From an uncultured Methanosarcinaceae archaeon (GTDB taxonomy: Archaea; Halobacteriota; Methanosarcinia; Methanosarcinales; Methanosarcinaceae), in the NCBI GenBank assembly GCA_963721455.1, contig CAVRJG010000044.1:1-64000 (forward strand): a DNA stretch of 64,000 nt. Direction: 5' to 3'. The notes under the pieces were generated by a model. It was given only the letters and a program-made list of their open reading frames with translations, was not told where the DNA came from and made no database searches. Positions 11,416 to 21,961 of this stretch are shown in pieces. The position numbers were made by a program, and so were the translations under genes. Within the stretch, counting starts at the first letter, position 1, and each line of letters starts with the position of its first letter.

Positions 11416-12301
11416 ATGACCGAGGCACATCCCGTTGTTAAATGGCCCGGCGGCAAAGGCCAGCTGCTCGACCGGCTTGAGCCACTGTTTCCACGCAAGT
11501 TCAATCAATACATCGAACCATTCGTCGGCGCGGGCGCGGTTTTTTTTCGTCTGATCAACCTCGGTTTGATCGGCGCAAATCCGCGCTTGCGCCGCATGCC
11601 CGCCATCCTCAATGATCTCAACGGCGAATTGATGAATGTCTATCACGTCGTGCGCGATCACGTCGACGACTTGATCGACGAACTGGCCCGGCACCAAGCC
11701 CACATCGGCGACGAAGCGTATTATTACTACATCCGCAATCTCGATCGCGAGCCGGATTTCGCGCACACCGTCGCCGGTCGTCCGCGCCGCCCGCACGATG
11801 TTTCTCAACAAGACGGGTTATAACGGCTTGTATCGTGTCAACTCCAAAGGCTTATTCAACGTGCCGTTCGGCCAGCACAAGAAACCGACCGTACTCAATA
11901 TCCCGCTCTTGCACGCTGTGAACCGAGCGCTGCAACGCGTCGATCTGATGTGCTGCGACTTTGCCCAACCCATGCGGCTGGCCCGCAAAGGCGACTTCGT
12001 CTACATCGATCCGCCCTATCATCCGCTCACCCGCACGGCGAATTTCGTCGCTTATACGCCCGATGGCTTCGGCTGGGATCAGCAGGTACGCTTGGCCGAA
12101 TGGGCCGGCCGGCTGGCGAAACGTGGTTGCTATGTCTTGATCAACAATGCCGACACGCCTCAAATTGAGACGCTGTATAAGGATGCCTTTCGGGCACGCG
12201 ACATCGATTTCAGAGTAGCCTCATTTGAAACGACGCGAAGCATAAACCGTGAAGGCAAAAACCGCCGCGGCGCACAAGAACTGACAGTCTGGAATTATTG
12301 A
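11416..12301 (+). CDS. Dam-type (D12 class) N6-adenine DNA methyltransferase (frameshift near 11775)
   Basis: KWPGGK, YIEPFVGAGAV, FLNKTGYNGLYRVN...FNVPFG, YIDPPY. Confidence 0.9.
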
Positions 12302-12310
12302 GGGGGCTCC

Positions 12311-12784
12311 ATGATCGAACTTCAAATCCCAGGACGCGGGATCACTCAATTGGATTACGCTGTGTTTGATGTCAACGGCACCCTCGCCACGGACGGTGTG
12401 TTGATCGACGGGATCGCGGAGAAGATCGCGGTGCTGCGCGGCAAACTGGAGGTGCGCCTGCTCACCGCCGATACGCACGGCAAGCAGGTCGAGATCGATC
12501 AGCAGTTGACGTTCACCGCCGATCGCCTGAAACCGGGCGGCTTCGAGCGCGAACAAAAAGGCGATTACGTGCGTGCTCTCGATGCGAATCGCGTCGTCGC
12601 CATCGGTAACGGCGCGAACGATGTGGGCATGCTGAAAGCCGCCGCGATCGGGATCGCCGTCATCGGGCACGAAGGACTATCGGGCGAGGCACTGGCTGCC
12701 GCCGATGTGGTCGTCGCTGACGTTCACGACGCGATCGATCTGCTGTTGAATCCCAAACGCTTGATTGCCACACTAAGACGTTAA
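12311..12784 (+). CDS. HAD-superfamily soluble P-type-ATPase-like hydrolase
   Basis: FDVNGTLA, LLTADT, IGNGANDVGML. Confidence 0.85.
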   Translation: MIELQIPGRGITQLDYAVFDVNGTLATDGVLIDGIAEKIAVLRGKLEVRLLTADTHGKQVEIDQQLTFTADRLKPGGFEREQKGDYVRALDANRVVAIGNGANDVGMLKAAAIGIAVIGHEGLSGEALAAADVVVADVHDAIDLLLNPKRLIATLRR

Positions 12785-12788
12785 CTAT

Positions 12789-12853
12789 AGACCTGTCAGG
12801 TGGCGCAAAGGACGGCTTGTTTTCAGGCATGTGATGCGCCACCTGACAGGTCT
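12789..12853. repeat. REP-like palindrome AGACCTGTCAGGTG...CACCTGACAGGTCT (copy 1)
   Basis: Long inverted repeat; second copy at 17483-17548. Confidence 0.8.
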
Positions 12854-12865
12854 CAAGGTCTATCC

Positions 12866-13303
12866 GTGAAATCGTCCGAATTCATGCGCGCCCTGCCCGA
12901 CGCGGTGCGCCCTAAACTCCCGAAGAAACTGCAATCGTTCAAAGTTAACCTGCGCTCGTGGTTGGTGCAATTTCACTACGGCCAACCGCTCGTGCACTAT
13001 GAAGTCGTTACCTTGGGCGAGCGCCGCGGTGTGCTAGAGATCGGCCTACATTTTGAAAGCCGCAACGCCGACGAGAACACGCGCCTGCTCGATGGGTTCA
13101 TGCAGCATCTCATCGAAATCAAAGCCGAGCTAGGCGATCAAGTCGAAGCGGAGATGTGGGATAAGGGCTGGACGAAGGTCTACGAAACGATCCCCTTGGA
13201 GACTATGAACGCCGCGTATCTCGATCTGGTCGCAGACCGTTTAGCACAGATGATCGTGGTGTTGCAGCCAATCTCGGAGCAACTACTTCGCCATGCGCGG
13301 TAA
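12866..13303 (+). CDS. Hypothetical protein
   Basis: GTG-start ORF with coherent sequence (HYEV...LEIGLHFE...EMWDKGWTKVYE). Confidence 0.65.
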   Translation: MKSSEFMRALPDAVRPKLPKKLQSFKVNLRSWLVQFHYGQPLVHYEVVTLGERRGVLEIGLHFESRNADENTRLLDGFMQHLIEIKAELGDQVEAEMWDKGWTKVYETIPLETMNAAYLDLVADRLAQMIVVLQPISEQLLRHAR

Positions 13304-13894
13304 CGCGGTTTGGTCGCGCACCAACCACAACAGCCCGGCTCCGGTCAACGCGCCGATGATCAGGCCGGTGAGCACAAATCCGATTAAACCGGCTAAGAGC
13401 TGCGAACCCACGATCGGCAACAAGGCCCCGCCCCCCGTGCCGCCTAACACATAGCCCAGCGGCCAGCTGATGGTGCTGACGGCCAGCCACGCCGAGCTTC
13501 TGACAAACGTCCTGCGCACGATCCACCACTGCGCCAGCCCGACGCCCAGCCCCATAACCGCCAGGCCAAACCAGATGCCCACCGAGAACCCGAGTGCGGT
13601 GGCGGGCATCCACAACGAGACAGGCGGCGACTGTCGCGCCGACAGTACGCCGCGCAACACCAGCCATTGCAGCACACCCACTGCCAACCCGATCGACAAC
13701 AGTGCCAGGATTGAGGCCAGCAGCAATTCAGGCCGATCGCCCTGGGTGACCATCTCGGCGTCGATGCCAAACACACTCACGATGATCGTGTTGATCACAT
13801 AGCCGATGATCCAACCGCCGACTGTGGCCGCCACCCACAAGCGCAACAGGCGTGCTGGATTGAAACCTGGTGACGAGAGTTCGTTGACATTCAT
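13283..13894 (-). CDS. Gly-rich integral membrane protein
   Basis: Repeated GxxQWLVLR-type TM segments; start overlaps the stop of the upstream Nudix gene. Confidence 0.7.
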   Translation of the reverse strand: MNVNELSSPGFNPARLLRLWVAATVGGWIIGYVINTIIVSVFGIDAEMVTQGDRPELLLASILALLSIGLAVGVLQWLVLRGVLSARQSPPVSLWMPATALGFSVGIWFGLAVMGLGVGLAQWWIVRRTFVRSSAWLAVSTISWPLGYVLGGTGGGALLPIVGSQLLAGLIGFVLTGLIIGALTGAGLLWLVRDQTALPRMAK

Positions 13895-14520
13895 AGGCGG
13901 ACACCACCTTCGGCCAGTATCATCTTGAATTCGCTCAAAATCATCGCCGTTGCGCCCCAGACTTTGTGCGCTCCAATCTGGAAGAACGGCACTTCCACCT
14001 GCACATCGCGCAGCGTCCACGGCTCGCGCTTGACCACGCTCGGGTCAAACAGCATCGCCAGCGGCACCTCGATCAACTCGGCCACTTCGCGCGGGTCACA
14101 CTTGAAATCAGGACGATCAGCCACATAGCCCACCGTCGGCGTCACGAGAAAATTGCTGGGTTGAATGTAGAGCGTCGAAAGCTGGCCCAGCACGTCCACT
14201 TCGGCACAGGCTGCACCGATCTCCTCGCATGCTTCGCGCAGCGCCGTCTCGCGGATCGATTCGCCCGCTTCCCGCGACCCGCCCGGCAGCGAGATCTGGC
14301 CGCTATGCGTCAGGCCGTCTTCCACGCGTTTCATCAAGGCGAAGTACCATTCGTTGTGGTACGAGTAGAGCAAGATCAACACGCCCGCCGGTCGAGCATC
14401 AGCCGGTGGTTCGTTTCTCAAGCTGGAAATACGGTACTCTGGCGCTAATTTGATCTGTGCCGCCAATCCCGGCAGCGGATGTTGTAGGGCAAGCCGAATA
14501 TCTTCGATTCCTAGACTCAT
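13891..14520 (-). CDS. Nudix CoA pyrophosphatase
   Basis: HSGQISLPGG...ALREACEEIG Nudix box; VWGATA. Confidence 0.9.
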   Translation of the reverse strand: MSLGIEDIRLALQHPLPGLAAQIKLAPEYRISSLRNEPPADARPAGVLILLYSYHNEWYFALMKRVEDGLTHSGQISLPGGSREAGESIRETALREACEEIGAACAEVDVLGQLSTLYIQPSNFLVTPTVGYVADRPDFKCDPREVAELIEVPLAMLFDPSVVKREPWTLRDVQVEVPFFQIGAHKVWGATAMILSEFKMILAEGGVRL

Positions 14521-14619
14521 GGTGGCATATTTCTTTTAGTCACGGATTGCACAGATAACACGGATTCGCCGGATTTATCGCTTGAATCTGCGTTTATCTG
14601 CGAAATCTGCGTTGTCTAC

Positions 14620-15294
14620 TCATCCAACCAATTTGTAACCGACGCCCGTCACAGTTTCGATCTGTGCTGTACTGTGACTGATCTTCTTGCGCAGGTGCGC
14701 CACGTGCACATCGACCGTGCGCGTCTGCCCCGCGAAGTCATACCCCCAGGCCAGTTCTAACAACTTCTCGCGACTCAACACAAAGCCTTTGTGCTCGGCG
14801 AGGCATAGCAAGCAATCGAACTCTTTCGTGCGCAGCTCGATCGGCTGACCGGCGACCGTGACTTCACGCCGCGCCGGATCGATCGCGAGATCGCCCAACC
14901 GATAGACCTTCGTCGGCGACGCGGTGCGATCGGAGCGGCGCAGGATCGCTTTCACCCGCGCCACCAGCTCGCGCGGATTGAAGGGCTTGGTCATGTAGTC
15001 GTCCGCGCCGATTTCGAGGCCGACGATCTTATCGATGTCGTCATCACGCGCCGTCAACATGATGATGGGCACATCACTAGTGGCACGGACGCGGCGGCAG
15101 ACTTCCCACCCATCGATCTCGGGCAACATTAGATCGAGCACCATCAGGGCCGGCGAATCGCTCTTGACACGCTCGAGCGCGGCTTTACCGGTGTAGGCGG
15201 CAATCACCTTGAAGCCGTCCTGTTCCAGATACAGCCGCGCCAACTCGACGATATTCTGCTCGTCGTCGACGACGAGAATGGTCTCTTTAGTCAT
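14620..15294 (-). CDS. OmpR/PhoB-family response regulator
   Basis: ILVVDDE, LDLMLP, GADDYMTKPF, RTVDVHVAHLRKK, GVGYK. Confidence 0.95.
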   Translation of the reverse strand: MTKETILVVDDEQNIVELARLYLEQDGFKVIAAYTGKAALERVKSDSPALMVLDLMLPEIDGWEVCRRVRATSDVPIIMLTARDDDIDKIVGLEIGADDYMTKPFNPRELVARVKAILRRSDRTASPTKVYRLGDLAIDPARREVTVAGQPIELRTKEFDCLLCLAEHKGFVLSREKLLELAWGYDFAGQTRTVDVHVAHLRKKISHSTAQIETVTGVGYKLVG

Positions 15295-15355
15295 AAGAGC
15301 CAACTCCCTCCCTTGTTCGCGTCTTTTGCGAACGGGGAAGGGCCGGGGTGGGGGG

Positions 15356-15829
15356 TCATTCAAGCGCGATGCACTCGATCTCGACTGACGCGCCCAACGG
15401 CAGCCCCGCCACTGCAAAGGTCGCTCGGGCGGGCGCATTGACCGGGAAGAATTCGGCGTAGACTTCGTTCATCGCTTTGAAGTTCGCCATGTCTGTTAGG
15501 AACACGGTGGTCTTCACGACCTTGCTTAACGAGGTGCCTGCCGCCTCCAGAATTGCGCTGAGGTTTTGCAGCACGCGCCGCGTCTGCGCGCTTACGTCAC
15601 CTTCCACCAATTTGCCCGTCGCCGGATCGATCGGCGTCTGGCCCGCGCAGAACACCAGCCCGTTGGCGCGGATCCCCTGAGAATATGGTCCGATCGCTTT
15701 CGGCGCAAGTTCGGTCGCGATGACCGTGCGCTTCGTAGGTCGAGTCGCTTTTGCCGGAAGCCGCTTCGCCGCCGGTTTTTTCACTGCTGACTTTTTCGCC
15801 GTTTTGGCTGCTGCCTTCTTCACTGCCAT
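15356..15829 (-). CDS. RidA/YjgF family protein with Lys/Ala-rich N-terminal extension
   Basis: [30 protein letters not shown]. Confidence 0.9.
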   Translation of the reverse strand: MAVKKAAAKTAKKSAVKKPAAKRLPAKATRPTKRTVIATELAPKAIGPYSQGIRANGLVFCAGQTPIDPATGKLVEGDVSAQTRRVLQNLSAILEAAGTSLSKVVKTTVFLTDMANFKAMNEVYAEFFPVNAPARATFAVAGLPLGASVEIECIALE

Positions 15830-15876
15830 GCTTTATCTCCTTGCCGTAGGTGATTTCACTCGTTACTCGTCACTCG

Positions 15877-16734
15877 TTACTCCGCCAGCAAATCCGCCGG
15901 CCCACACACTGCGCCTACGCAGCCCGGCCCGGTATGCACACCCAGCACCGGCACGATTTGTCCGAAAGTGATGTGGGCATTGGGCAGTTTCGCGCGGATC
16001 AAGTCGCCCTGCTGCTGCGCCATCGCCGGCGAGTTGGTATGAAGCACGTGCACCCACGCAGGGAAGCTCTTCACCTTGTCATAGACGTGTTCGGCGATCA
16101 GCGCCACCGACTTCGCCATGCTGCGCCCCTTGGCGACCGTGATGTACGTCCCCGGCCCTTTGTCCACGGTGATGACGGGTTTCAAATTCAACAGCGCACC
16201 CGCCATCGCCTGCACGCGGCCGATGCGCCCGCCTTTCTGCAAATAGTGCAGCGTGTCCAGCGTAAAGAAAATCTCGGTCTGTTCACCCACTTGCTTGATG
16301 CGGGCCAGAATTTTATCCAGCGGCCAGCCGCGCCGGATACCCTGCGCCGCCGCCACAACCTGGAAGCCTTCGGCCGCCGACAGCGTCTTGGTATCCACGT
16401 GTGTGATATTGAGTTCGGGGCACTGCTTCGCACCCTGTATCGCCGAATTCATGGTGCCACTCAGGCCCGACGAAATGTGGATCGACAAAATATCCGGGTC
16501 GGTCGCGCCGACCTTGCGATACAGATCGGCAAATTCACCCGGCGACGGCTGCGACGTCGTCGGAATGTTGTCGCCGCTGGCCGCCAACCGCCGATAGAAC
16601 TCTTCGGCTCCAATGTCGATACCGCTGCGCAGCATCTCTTTGCCAAACGAGATCAGCAGCGGCATCCGCTCGATGCCAAATTCCGCAAACATTTCCTCAG
16701 GCAGGTCCACGGCGCTGTCGGTGACAATTTTCAT
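15877..16734 (-). CDS. DegV-family fatty-acid-binding protein
   Basis: IVTDSAVD, TTSQPS, ISSGLSGT, LQKGGRIG, HTGPG. Confidence 0.92.
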   Translation of the reverse strand: MKIVTDSAVDLPEEMFAEFGIERMPLLISFGKEMLRSGIDIGAEEFYRRLAASGDNIPTTSQPSPGEFADLYRKVGATDPDILSIHISSGLSGTMNSAIQGAKQCPELNITHVDTKTLSAAEGFQVVAAAQGIRRGWPLDKILARIKQVGEQTEIFFTLDTLHYLQKGGRIGRVQAMAGALLNLKPVITVDKGPGTYITVAKGRSMAKSVALIAEHVYDKVKSFPAWVHVLHTNSPAMAQQQGDLIRAKLPNAHITFGQIVPVLGVHTGPGCVGAVCGPADLLAE

Positions 16735-16789
16735 GAGATGTCTTTCTTGAAGCAGAATGGGGGTATTTTACCTCAGTTATAATAACCCC

Positions 16790-17513
16790 ATGCCAGTGCC
16801 GACGATGCCCTCAGCCCAGCTGATTTATCAAATGCGATCCGGAATAGAAGGCGGGCCACGGCTGATCCTGCTGCACGGGTTGGGCGGCGACGAACACGCG
16901 ATGAGCCTCTTCGCCCGATCGATCCCGGCGGCCTTTACGGTGATCAGCCCGCGCGCGCCCATCGCGATCGAGCCGGGGATGTTTCCGGGGTACACCGACC
17001 GCGGCTACAGCTGGATCCGACCGGCCACGCCCCCCGATCGAGTATCCTTCGCGCCCGCGATCGATCAACTGCGCCGCCTCATCGCCGCGTTCGATCGATC
17101 ACCGGTGTATCTCATGGGCTTTAGCCAGGGCGCAGCGTTGAGTCTATGCATTTTCATTAGCCGAACCGTCAATCGTGGCAGGTGTGATTGCTTTAGCCGG
17201 GTTTTTGCCGGACGACGCGATGCATCCTTCGACTACACTTCGTTCCGCTCACGCCCTTTCCGACGCGGAGCGTTGGGGGCGCGCTTGGCGGAATGCTTTT
17301 CCCCTACACGGCTACTTGATCATCCACGGCACCGACGATCAGATCGTGCCGATCCATCGCGCTCATCAAGCCCGCGACTACCTGCGATCGATCGGCGCGC
17401 CCGTGGAATATCACGCCTATTCCATCGGCCACAAAGTGGCGCCGCAGGGCCTCAAAGACATCACGCGCTGGCTAATCGCACGAGACCTGTCAGGTGACGC
17501 GCAGCGTGCCTGA
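16790..17513 (+). CDS. Phospholipase/carboxylesterase (frameshift near 17145)
   Basis: LLHGLGG, GFSQGA nucleophile motif, HGTDDQIVP, GH. Confidence 0.8.
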
Positions 17514-17548
17514 ACGACGCGTGTGCTTGTGCGTCACCTGACAGGTCT
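17483..17548. repeat. REP-like palindrome (copy 2) between convergent genes
   Basis: AGACCTGTCAGGTGACGC...GCGTCACCTGACAGGTCT. Confidence 0.8.
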
Positions 17549-19035
17549 TCATCTGCCTGCCACCAGCGGCACAGTCTGCGTACGATCGTAGTAATACACT
17601 TTCCGCCGCGGATAAGCGTCAATCAGCGGTTGATTGCCCTGGGGACCGTAGTCCAGCGCAAAGATAATACGCCCGTCGAAAATTTGCGGCGAGTTCTGCC
17701 AGGCCAACTCCGCATAATCCGACCACTTTGCCACACGCACAAACACCAAGGCATTGTCCAGTGGGCCGCCGCGATCCGATCGAGATGCAGACGTTCGCGC
17801 CCATAGCGATCGAAGCCTTGCAGCAGCCGCGGCTCGATCGTGAAGACGATGCTGTACGCCAGCAAGATCGGCAGCGCCAGCTGTACGACGCGACGCGGCC
17901 ACGGTCTTGCCGAGAATTTCAATAGTCCGCGCGCCGCGATGATCCACAAATAGGGCAGCCCTTCCGCGTAATAGCGTGGCCCATACAAGCTGCTGCCACG
18001 CGCCCAATAGGCCATATAGGCCGCGATTAGCAAGGCGGGCGGGATCAGCAACGCCCAATCGCGGCGATTGTGTTCCGGCCAAAACAGTCCCAACAACACG
18101 GCCAGCCATGCCAACGGTACACCCGCGATCGACGGCCAACCCAACAGCGTCACACCCAGATCGGGAAAATCGACGTTGAAATTCCGGATGGCCTGTTCCC
18201 AGGTATGACCGCTCAAGCGGCCGTAGCCCGGCCCGAAGCCCACCTGATCGTACGACCACCATAGCGTGTAGGTATTGGTTGTCGGCGAACCGGTCGCTAA
18301 CCAGTTGTACAGCGGCCAGATCGATGCGACAAGCAGAAACGCGACAAACATCACTGCGTACAGGCGGAAAAAGCGGCGCGGATGATTGAACAGATCATTC
18401 AACGCGATCAAGGCCAGCGGCAGGCTGATGGCGACCGCCGTCCATGGCCGCGACATCAGCGCCCACCCGATCGCGACCCCGGCCAACACCGCGAACCGTC
18501 GCGGCTGCCGCTCGGTCGATCGCCGCGCGCGCCCATCACTTCGGGCGCGAACGAACCCCCACATGCCGAAGACCAACGCCGTCAATGTCGACGTGTGCGC
18601 CAGCAGCGTGCCGGACAGCATGAACGCCAGCGGCGAGACAGCGCCCAGTGTGGCCGCCAGCAGCCCCGTCTCGTGATTGTAGAGATCGCGGCCCAGCAGA
18701 TACACGCCCCATACACTCAACGCCGCCGCCAGCGCATTGACGATCCACAGCTGATCGATCAGCGCACCCGGTGCCAGCAGCAATGGATAGCCGGGCGTAT
18801 ATTTGCCAAACACGTGGCCGTTGTCATGGATGAGGAAAGGAATGTAAAATGCGAGAGGTTGAACCGGCGACTCGTCGGCGGTGACGCGCCCGCTGGCAAA
18901 CACCTTGGCCTGGAAGACGTTGGCGTGTTCGTCTTCGATCTGCGGCATCGCGCCCTGCACGGCCCACGCCATCGTCGTCGCCAGAATAAACGCCGCAATT
19001 GATAACACCCACACTGGCAGCAGTCGTCGAGTCAT
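17549..19035 (-). CDS. GT-C (ArnT/PMT-like) membrane glycosyltransferase (frameshift near 17760)
   Basis: IEDEHAN..QA, KYTPGYP, many TMs, GPRYY; C-terminus in ORF 17549-18262. Confidence 0.75.
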
Positions 19036-19111
19036 CGACACAATTATACCAATCCGCCGCGACTGGCGGCGCATTGACTTGCCGCTTCAATCCGTTGTAT
19101 AACAGAGACGG

Positions 19112-19180
19112 CTGGTTAACTGGTGATTGGTTACTCGGTAACTGGTAATTGGTAACCGGTAATTGGTGATTGGTCAACCA
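19112..19180. repeat. Degenerate heptamer tandem repeat (TGGTAAY)
   Basis: ctggttaactggtgattggttactcggtaactggtaattggtaaccggtaattggtgattgg. Confidence 0.7.
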
Positions 19181-19249
19181 GATCGCCAATCACGGAACAC
19201 GCATCACACATTATGAACTATGAATTATGCATTATCCTAAAGGAGCCTT

Positions 19250-21121
19250 ATGACCGTTCGCACGTTTGTCACTCCCAAAGCTGGTTCAGGTTTTCTCAAC
19301 ATTCGCAGCGAAACGCGGCTCGATGCCGCTAACATCGTCGGCGCACTGAATGAAGGTGTGCGTCTCGATTTCGTCGGCGAAGTCAACGGCTGGTATACGT
19401 GCCGCGTGTTCATCTCGACGCTCGTCGCCAACGCCAACGATGGCCGCTTCGTGCGACTCAATCCCGGCGGCGATTTTGCCAACATCCGATCGGCCCCCAG
19501 CGTCGACGGCAACACCGATGTAGGTGATCTTCGCGCCAATCAACAATTAGAGTTGTTGGAACGCTTGGGTGATTGGCTCACCGCTAAAGTCTATGTGTCG
19601 GCGGCATGGAGCAACTTGATCACTGAAGGCCAACCGGAGCCGGTGGTACCGGTGGCCGACGGCTTCGACGTGCCGATGGGCACGCCTGAAGATCGCGCTT
19701 CCGATAAGGTCTGGCCGGGCGCGTGGATCGATGCGACGCCCTATGGCACGCGCTACGATGCCACGGGGAAATGGGCCATTCACACCGGCGCGGATTTGAA
19801 TTTGCCCGCCGACGCCGATGCGCATTCGCCGTGTTATGCGCCTGCCGCGGGCGTAGTCCGTGCCGCAGCGGCCTATCCCGTGTGGGGCAACGTCATCACG
19901 ATCGAGCACAAGTTGGCCGACGGCACTCGCGTCTGGTCACGCGTCGCCCACCTCGACGATATTCTCGTGCAGCCTAATCAAATCGTGACGCGCGGACAAA
20001 TCATCGGGCACGTAGGCAATGCCTTTGGCATCTATGCTTATCACTTGCACTACGATCTGGCGCGGCTCGATCTGGGCGCATCCCCGTCCGATTGGCCCGG
20101 CGACGATCTGCCGCGCGTGCTGCGCGATTACTATGATCCGCTCGCCTTCACGATCGATCACCGGCCCGATCGGCCGCGGCCCGCGACCAAGTTATTGATC
20201 GGTCTGCACGATCACGACGGCGGGGTGTGGCTGAAGCAAAGAAAGATCAAGGGCGTATGCATAGTATTGGCGACGGTGCAGGATCAAGCGGCCCAGTTGG
20301 ATTTCACGGATCTATCGGATGCAGGCATCACCGTGTTGCTGCGCATCGGCTATGGTTACGCCGACGGGACCGGCACGCTGCCGCGACCCGATCGGCTGGC
20401 GCAGTTCGAGAAGGCTGTGGCCGATACGCTGAATGCGGCCAAAGGCGTGACGTGTTCGCACTACGGCAACGAGATCAACAACGCGATGGAATCGCCCGGC
20501 TGGAATCCGACCACGGGCAATCCCGGCCCCAATTACTTCCCGCTCACGCCCGATTATTACATCGCGTCGTATAACCGGTTGTGGTACATGATCCGCACCG
20601 ATGTGAAACTCGGCCCCGCGCCGCTCGATCCGTACTTTGGGCCGCCCTTCCCGTATCTAGCATGGAGCAGCGACAATCGCGAGTGGTGGCGGGCGATCCT
20701 CAACGGTATCGCGGGCACGGATGCGTTCTTCCTGCACAGCAAGACGCAAAGCAACGCGACGACTGAAATCTGGTCCGGCGACAAATTTCAGAACGACCCG
20801 CTGCGGTGGCAGTATCTCCACTTCCGATCAATCGAGCCGTACCTGGCGGAAGTGCCCGACAAATACAAGAGCCTGCCTGTCTACATCAGCGAAGCGAACC
20901 CGCAGCGCAAGATCAACGGCGCGCTCGGCTGGGAAGGCAGCAGCGCCGCGTGGATTACCGAGTGCGTGAATTACCTCAAGACGTGGAACGCGGGCCTCGG
21001 CCATCAAGTCATCAGCGGCGCGGCGTTTTATCGCTGGGCCAACGACGAATGGCAGCTGTCCAACAAGACCATGATCCTCAATCGCATTGAGGGCGAGGCG
21101 CAGAAGTTAGGGTTGATATAA
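19250..21121 (+). CDS. Multidomain cell-wall hydrolase: 2x SH3b-like + M23 peptidase + glycoside-hydrolase-like domain
   Basis: LNIRS/ANIRSAPS SH3b repeats; HTGAD and HLHY M23 zinc motifs; GNEIN and YISEAN GH-A-like glutamates. Confidence 0.75.
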   Translation: MTVRTFVTPKAGSGFLNIRSETRLDAANIVGALNEGVRLDFVGEVNGWYTCRVFISTLVANANDGRFVRLNPGGDFANIRSAPSVDGNTDVGDLRANQQLELLERLGDWLTAKVYVSAAWSNLITEGQPEPVVPVADGFDVPMGTPEDRASDKVWPGAWIDATPYGTRYDATGKWAIHTGADLNLPADADAHSPCYAPAAGVVRAAAAYPVWGNVITIEHKLADGTRVWSRVAHLDDILVQPNQIVTRGQIIGHVGNAFGIYAYHLHYDLARLDLGASPSDWPGDDLPRVLRDYYDPLAFTIDHRPDRPRPATKLLIGLHDHDGGVWLKQRKIKGVCIVLATVQDQAAQLDFTDLSDAGITVLLRIGYGYADGTGTLPRPDRLAQFEKAVADTLNAAKGVTCSHYGNEINNAMESPGWNPTTGNPGPNYFPLTPDYYIASYNRLWYMIRTDVKLGPAPLDPYFGPPFPYLAWSSDNREWWRAILNGIAGTDAFFLHSKTQSNATTEIWSGDKFQNDPLRWQYLHFRSIEPYLAEVPDKYKSLPVYISEANPQRKINGALGWEGSSAAWITECVNYLKTWNAGLGHQVISGAAFYRWANDEWQLSNKTMILNRIEGEAQKLGLI

Positions 21122-21153
21122 ACAGTTGGCGCTGCAATTCCATAGCACTGATA

Positions 21154-21253
21154 TGTCATTCCGAACGCAGTGAGGAATCTCTGGCACGCTGGGCCAGACC
21201 TCTTGCCAGGCCAGAGATTCCTCAGTCCCACGAAACGCTCCTTCGGAATGACA
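21154..21253. repeat. REP-like nested palindrome TGTCATTCCGAA...TTCGGAATGACA
   Basis: Outer 12-bp IR plus inner TGAGGAATCTCTGGC/GCCAGAGATTCCTCA. Confidence 0.8.
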
Positions 21254-21271
21254 CTCACAGGAGGTCAAGCG

Positions 21272-21955
21272 ATGCCCCGTCGCCCCCAATCACGCGGTCA
21301 ATGTGTTTACTGTGGAAAAGAGTTTGCCCGAGGCGGCATGAGCAAACATCTGGCGGCCTGCGCTGAACGGCAAGCCGTCATCGCCAAAGCCGATCGCGCC
21401 CGAAGCCTGACGGAAAAACTCGTCCATCTGCAAGTGCGCGATGCGTTTGGCGGTCCGTATTGGCTCTATCTGGAGATGAATGGCTCCGCCACGCTCAAGG
21501 ATCTCGATTACTATTTGCGCGCCATCTGGCTGGAATGCTGCGGCCACATGAGCCAATTCTCGATAGGCGGTTGGGGTGGCGATGAAATTCCGATGAAGAC
21601 GCGCATCGATCGCATCTTTGCGTCTGACGTGGAGCTCACGCACATCTATGACTTTGGCACCGAATCCGTGACGCTGATCAAAACCGCTGCCGTGCGTGAC
21701 GGGCAACCCACCACCAAGCATCCTATCGCGTTGATGGCGCGCAATGCGCCGCCCGACTTCAAGTGCATGGAATGCGATCAACCGGCGACGCAGTTGTGTG
21801 TGGAATGCCAGATCGAAGAAGATCGATCTGGCCTGTTGTGCGACGAGCACGCTGAAGAGCACCCGCATGATAACTACGGTGAGCCGATGCTCATCGTCAA
21901 CTCGCCGCGCGTGGGTTTGTGTGGATACGACGGTCCGGCCGAGCCGCCGTATTAA
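21272..21955 (+). CDS. Cys/His-rich protein resembling the pRiA4b ORF3 family, with zinc-finger-like termini
   Basis: CVYC..KHL..C, WLECCGHMSQF, YDFG, CMEC..C..C, NSPRVGLCGY. Confidence 0.65.
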   Translation: MPRRPQSRGQCVYCGKEFARGGMSKHLAACAERQAVIAKADRARSLTEKLVHLQVRDAFGGPYWLYLEMNGSATLKDLDYYLRAIWLECCGHMSQFSIGGWGGDEIPMKTRIDRIFASDVELTHIYDFGTESVTLIKTAAVRDGQPTTKHPIALMARNAPPDFKCMECDQPATQLCVECQIEEDRSGLLCDEHAEEHPHDNYGEPMLIVNSPRVGLCGYDGPAEPPY

Positions 21956-21961
21956 GTGAAG

